A stretch of 19,305 nucleotides of DNA from Myxococcales bacterium. Its GTDB lineage: Bacteria > Myxococcota > Myxococcia > Myxococcales > Anaeromyxobacteraceae. The position numbers were made by a program, and so were the translations under genes. The DNA is taken from NCBI GenBank assembly GCA_038320275.1, contig JBBQEB010000066.1:1-19305 (forward strand). The letters are read 5' to 3'. The notes beneath the pieces were generated by a model. It was not told where the DNA came from. It searched no databases and worked only from the letters and a program-made list of their open reading frames with translations. Every line of letters starts with the position of its first letter. Position 1 is the first letter of the stretch. This document shows, one piece after another, positions 16,237-19,305 of the stretch.

Positions 16237-17976
16237 ATGCCGGCGCATCTCCTGGCGAGGCTTCGCGACAGGCTGCTCCGCCGGCCCCTGCCGGTCTGGT
16301 ACTCACCTTCCTATCGCCTCCCGCTGAGCGGCGTGGAGGCCTCCGCCGGCATCGAGCCGCGCCGCGCCGACTTCGTCGCCTGGTGGCTCGTGGAGTCTGG
16401 GGTGATCGACGGCGGGCTCCTGCGCACCCCGCTCCGGATCCCGTACGCCGACCTCGACCGCGTGCACACGCCGGAGCTGCTGGAGTCGCTGAGCCACCCC
16501 GAAGCACTGGCGAGCATCTTCGCCGTCGATCCTTCGGACGTGCCGGTGGACGAGCTTCTCGCGACGGTTCGGCTGGCCTGTGGCGGCACGCTCGCCGCGG
16601 CGCGCGAGGCCCTCGCCGGTGGGGGCGTCACGCTGAACCTCCTGGGCGGGTTCCATCACGCCGGGCCCGGCAGCGCCGGTGGCTTCTGTCCCCTCAACGA
16701 CGTAGCCGTTGCCATCGCGGCGGTGCGGGCCGATGGCTTCGAGGGCCAGGTCGCCGTCCTCGACCTCGACGCGCATCCACCGGACGGCATCGGGGCCTGC
16801 GTCGAGAACGATGCCGCCGTCTGGGTGGGCTCACTCTCGGGATCCGACTGGGGACCGCTCCCGCGCGTGGACGAGACGGTCCTGCCAGAGGGAACGGAGG
16901 ACGAGCCGTATCTGGAGTCGCTCCAGGCGCTCCTGGGCCGCATGCCGGAAGCCGGGCTCGCGTTCGTGCTGGCCGGTGGCGACGTGCTCGCGGGCGACCG
17001 CTTCGGAAGGCTCGGCCTCACCCTCGCCGGCGCGCGGCGGCGCGACCTGACGGTGGCGCGCGCGCTCTCGGGCGTCCCCAGCGTCTGGCTCCCGGCGGGC
17101 GGCTACACCTCCGAGTCCTGGCGCGTGCTCGCCGGCACCGCGCTCGCGCTGGCCTCCGGCTCCGAGGTCCCCATTCCAGAGGGCGCGGATCCCCTCCCGG
17201 CCCGCTTCGCCGCCGTGGCGGCGGGCCTCTCGCCGGAGGACCTGGGAGAGCTGGATTTCGACACGGCCGACATGGAGGAGGCGCTCGGGCTCGCGCCGCG
17301 AGGCGGGCGCCATCGCCTCCTCCTCGGCTACTACACGGCGTCGGGCCTGGAGCACGCCTTCCACCGCTACGGCGTGCTGGAGCAGCTCCGACGGCTGGGG
17401 TTCTCGGGCTTCCGCGTCGCCTTCGACGCGGGGGGGACCGGCGAGCGGCTGAGGCTGTTCGGCACGACCGACGGCGTCGAGCACGTGCTCGTCGAGGAGA
17501 TCCTCGAGCGCCGCAAGTTCGGCGGGCGCGAGGTGCTCTACATCCACTGGCTGAACCTGCGAAACCCTCGCGCCCGCTTCAGCGACCTGCGGCCGCGGCT
17601 GCCCGGCCAGGAGGTGCCGGGGCTCGGGATGGCGCGCGAGATGGGCGAGATCCTCGGCATCATGGCGCGCCGGCTCGGCCTCGCCGCCGTGGTCTTCCGG
17701 CCGGCCCACTTCCACACCGCCTACTCCGTGCGGCGTCCCTTCGCCTTCGTCGTGCCGGAGCGGCAGGGACGTTTCGAGGCCCTGGTGCGCGATCTCGCGC
17801 GGCTGCCGCTGCTGGAGGCCACGGCGGCGGTGGCGGACGGGCGCGTGTGGCTCGGCGGCTCCCCCTACACCTGGGAGGCGGACGAGATGGCCGTGGGCTG
17901 GGAGTGGAGCGAGGTGGCGCAGCGCGACGAGGCGATCCGGCACGAGCGAGAGCGCTGCAGCTTCGAGGTGCGCTGA
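16237..17976 (+). CDS. Zn-dependent histone deacetylase-family (AcuC/APAH-like) amidohydrolase fused to an uncharacterised, GNAT-like C-terminal domain
   Basis: RVHTPELL, GGTLAAAR, GGFHHAG..SAGGFCPLND, VLDLDAHPPDG, LAGGDVLAGDRFG and LPAGGY give a complete HDAC catalytic set in the first ~310 aa. About 230 extra C-terminal aa contain LYIHWL...RLPGQEVPGLG. Confidence 0.9.
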   Translation: MPAHLLARLRDRLLRRPLPVWYSPSYRLPLSGVEASAGIEPRRADFVAWWLVESGVIDGGLLRTPLRIPYADLDRVHTPELLESLSHPEALASIFAVDPSDVPVDELLATVRLACGGTLAAAREALAGGGVTLNLLGGFHHAGPGSAGGFCPLNDVAVAIAAVRADGFEGQVAVLDLDAHPPDGIGACVENDAAVWVGSLSGSDWGPLPRVDETVLPEGTEDEPYLESLQALLGRMPEAGLAFVLAGGDVLAGDRFGRLGLTLAGARRRDLTVARALSGVPSVWLPAGGYTSESWRVLAGTALALASGSEVPIPEGADPLPARFAAVAAGLSPEDLGELDFDTADMEEALGLAPRGGRHRLLLGYYTASGLEHAFHRYGVLEQLRRLGFSGFRVAFDAGGTGERLRLFGTTDGVEHVLVEEILERRKFGGREVLYIHWLNLRNPRARFSDLRPRLPGQEVPGLGMAREMGEILGIMARRLGLAAVVFRPAHFHTAYSVRRPFAFVVPERQGRFEALVRDLARLPLLEATAAVADGRVWLGGSPYTWEADEMAVGWEWSEVAQRDEAIRHERERCSFEVR

Positions 17977-18003
17977 ACGGGTCGCCGCGGACGTGCCACC
18001 CCT

Positions 18004-18540
18004 TCACGGCTCGGCCAGCAGCGCCTCGACCTCCTGCCGCTCCACCGCCGCGCGACCCGCCGTCCAGCCTTGGTGCACGTGCCGCACGATGCCGCGGCGG
18101 TCGACCACCAGCGTCACGGGCATGTAGACGACGTCGAACCGCTGCACCCGCTCCCCACCCTTGTCCCACAGCATCGGGAACCCCACCGGGAGCTTCGCCA
18201 GGTAATCGACGATCTGGGCGCGGTCCTCGTCGATGGAGATGCCGTACACGGACAGCCCGCGCGGACCGAGCTCGCGGGAGAGGGCGTCGAGCGCGGGGAG
18301 CGCGTCCTTGCAGGGCTCGCACCAGGTGGCCCAGAAGTCGACCACGCGCACCCTTCCCTGATCGCCGCCGACGTCCACCAGGAGGCCGTGGAGGTCGGGA
18401 GCGGAGAGCGCGAGCGGTTTGCCGACATGCCGCGCGCTGGGCGGAGGAGGCCGCGCGGCGGCACAGCCGGCCGAGCCGAGGGCGGCGGCCATGGCGAGCG
18501 CGAAAGCCAGAGACCCTGGGTGCGAAGGGACCGTGATCAC
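18004..18540 (-). CDS. TlpA/ResA-family thiol-disulfide oxidoreductase, probable lipoprotein
   Basis: VVDFWATWCEPCK, YGISID, MPVTLVVDRRGIVRH; hydrophobic leader ending ALGSAGC. Confidence 0.92.
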   Translation of the reverse strand: MITVPSHPGSLAFALAMAAALGSAGCAAARPPPPSARHVGKPLALSAPDLHGLLVDVGGDQGRVRVVDFWATWCEPCKDALPALDALSRELGPRGLSVYGISIDEDRAQIVDYLAKLPVGFPMLWDKGGERVQRFDVVYMPVTLVVDRRGIVRHVHQGWTAGRAAVERQEVEALLAEP

Positions 18541-18605
18541 GCACGCGATGGTAACGCGCGGGTCCTCACTCGCCCCCGGAAATCCGGTGAGATCGCTCGT
18601 AGCCC

Positions 18606-18647
18606 CTGACCGGGATCAAGAGTTTCATGACCCGGCTGTGCGATGCT
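18606..18647 (+). promoter_or_regulatory. FNR/CRP-family-like box plus extended -10 upstream of the cytochrome gene
   Basis: CTGAC-CGGG-ATCAA (18606-18619) versus FNR consensus TTGAT-N4-ATCAA; TG-C-GATGCT at 18639-18647. Confidence 0.45.
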
Positions 18648-18712
18648 GCCACGCCAGCGTAGCCTGGGGCGCCGCGGGGCGCGAGGACACGCGGAGCACG
18701 GGAGGAACGGAC

Positions 18713-19305
18713 ATGGTGGTGACCTGTCGACGTTGGGGGGAGCTCGGGCTCTCGCTCTCGCTCGCGCTCGCCTGCGCGTGCGGTGATGCCCGCCCGCTGC
18801 GGCTGGCCGCCGATGGCGGAACGCTGGTGAACGGTGCGCCCGCGGAGTGCACGCGCTGTCACGGTTACCCGCCCAACAAGGATGCTCACTACGCGCATGC
18901 GGGCCTCGCCCCGGCGGACGGCGGGGTGGGCGGCGTGCCGGAGGGCTCCCAGACCTTCTTCGGCCAGGCGTACGGCTGCGAGCAGTGCCACAAGAACGTC
19001 CAGCGCGTGACCGAGCCGGACCACATCGTCCGGGCGAACGGCCAGCCCGTTCCGCGGCCGGCCGAGGTGCGCTTCGATGACCCGAACGCGCTCGCCGCCG
19101 GTCCCAGCGGCGGGGCGCGGGCAGGCCCGCCGTCGTACGACCCGACCAGCCAGACCTGCTCCAACGTCTACTGTCACGGCGCGACCCTGCGGAACCAGGT
19201 TCCGGGGCTCGTGATCGCGCCGCGCTGGTCCGACGCCGGGAAGGGCATCGTGGGCTGCGGCAGCTGCCACGGCATCCCCCCCGCCAACCACCAGCAGGGG
19301 ATCTC
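18713..19305 (+). CDS. Multiheme c-type cytochrome lipoprotein with CxxCH and CxxxxCH motifs (GSu_C4xC__C2xCH type), 3' end beyond the window edge
   Basis: SD GGAGG at 18701 and ATG 18713: MVVTCRRWGELGLSLSLALACACGD (lipobox-like)...CTRCH...CEQCH...CSNVYCH...CGSCH... The frame is open to the window end, so it is absent from the ORF track. Confidence 0.93.
   Translation, partial: MVVTCRRWGELGLSLSLALACACGDARPLRLAADGGTLVNGAPAECTRCHGYPPNKDAHYAHAGLAPADGGVGGVPEGSQTFFGQAYGCEQCHKNVQRVTEPDHIVRANGQPVPRPAEVRFDDPNALAAGPSGGARAGPPSYDPTSQTCSNVYCHGATLRNQVPGLVIAPRWSDAGKGIVGCGSCHGIPPANHQQGI

Noticed and set aside
15769..16248. 160-aa N-terminal extension of SuhB (ORF 14971..16248)
   Set aside because: It overlaps the plus-strand 99-aa gene and the divergent promoter region. 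IMPase homology and a -10 box support ATG 15768.
18747..18771. Short (CTCTCG/CTCGCG) repeat
   Set aside because: It simply encodes the LSLSLALA hydrophobic signal peptide of the cytochrome.
18566..19291. 241-aa minus-strand ORF
   Set aside because: It is antisense to the clear multiheme cytochrome frame starting at 18713.
1..19305. Mobile elements, prophage, defence systems, tRNA/rRNA
   Set aside because: No transposase, integrase, phage or defence motifs, no evident compositional shift, and no cloverleaf or rRNA-like sequence was recognised.

Overview
Very GC-rich, gene-dense chromosomal segment. Gene content and style suggest an Anaeromyxobacter-like Myxococcota bacterium (inference). The minus-strand block 1-14001 encodes, in transcription order: a hybrid dCache-HAMP-PAS sensor kinase, a DUF4337-like membrane protein, a UvrD/Rep helicase, rplM, rpsI, a PilT/PilU-family ATPase, recX, bamD, a hypothetical protein, a TPR protein, selD, an Amidase_3, rph and rdgB (runs off the left edge). 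The right part encodes an M23 peptidase, an inositol monophosphatase (SuhB-like), a small membrane protein, a Zn-dependent HDAC-family protein with an extra C-terminal domain, a TlpA thioredoxin lipoprotein and the start of a CxxCH/CxxxxCH multiheme cytochrome c lipoprotein (runs off the right edge). No mobile element, CRISPR array, tRNA or rRNA was seen. Points the ORF track misses: (1) selD is a selenoprotein, with an in-frame UGA18 followed by a SECIS-like hairpin. (2) The HDAC C-terminal domain has a GNAT-like pattern, suggesting a possible acyl writer/eraser fusion. (3) Many genes have a TAnnnT -10 box 6-8 nt before the start codon, pointing to leaderless mRNAs. (4) The sensor kinase appears to start at CTG behind a perfect SD. 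(5) The PilT has Pro directly after Walker A. (6) An FNR/CRP-like box with class II geometry precedes the cytochrome. (7) A hexamer repeat tract lies between recX and bamD.
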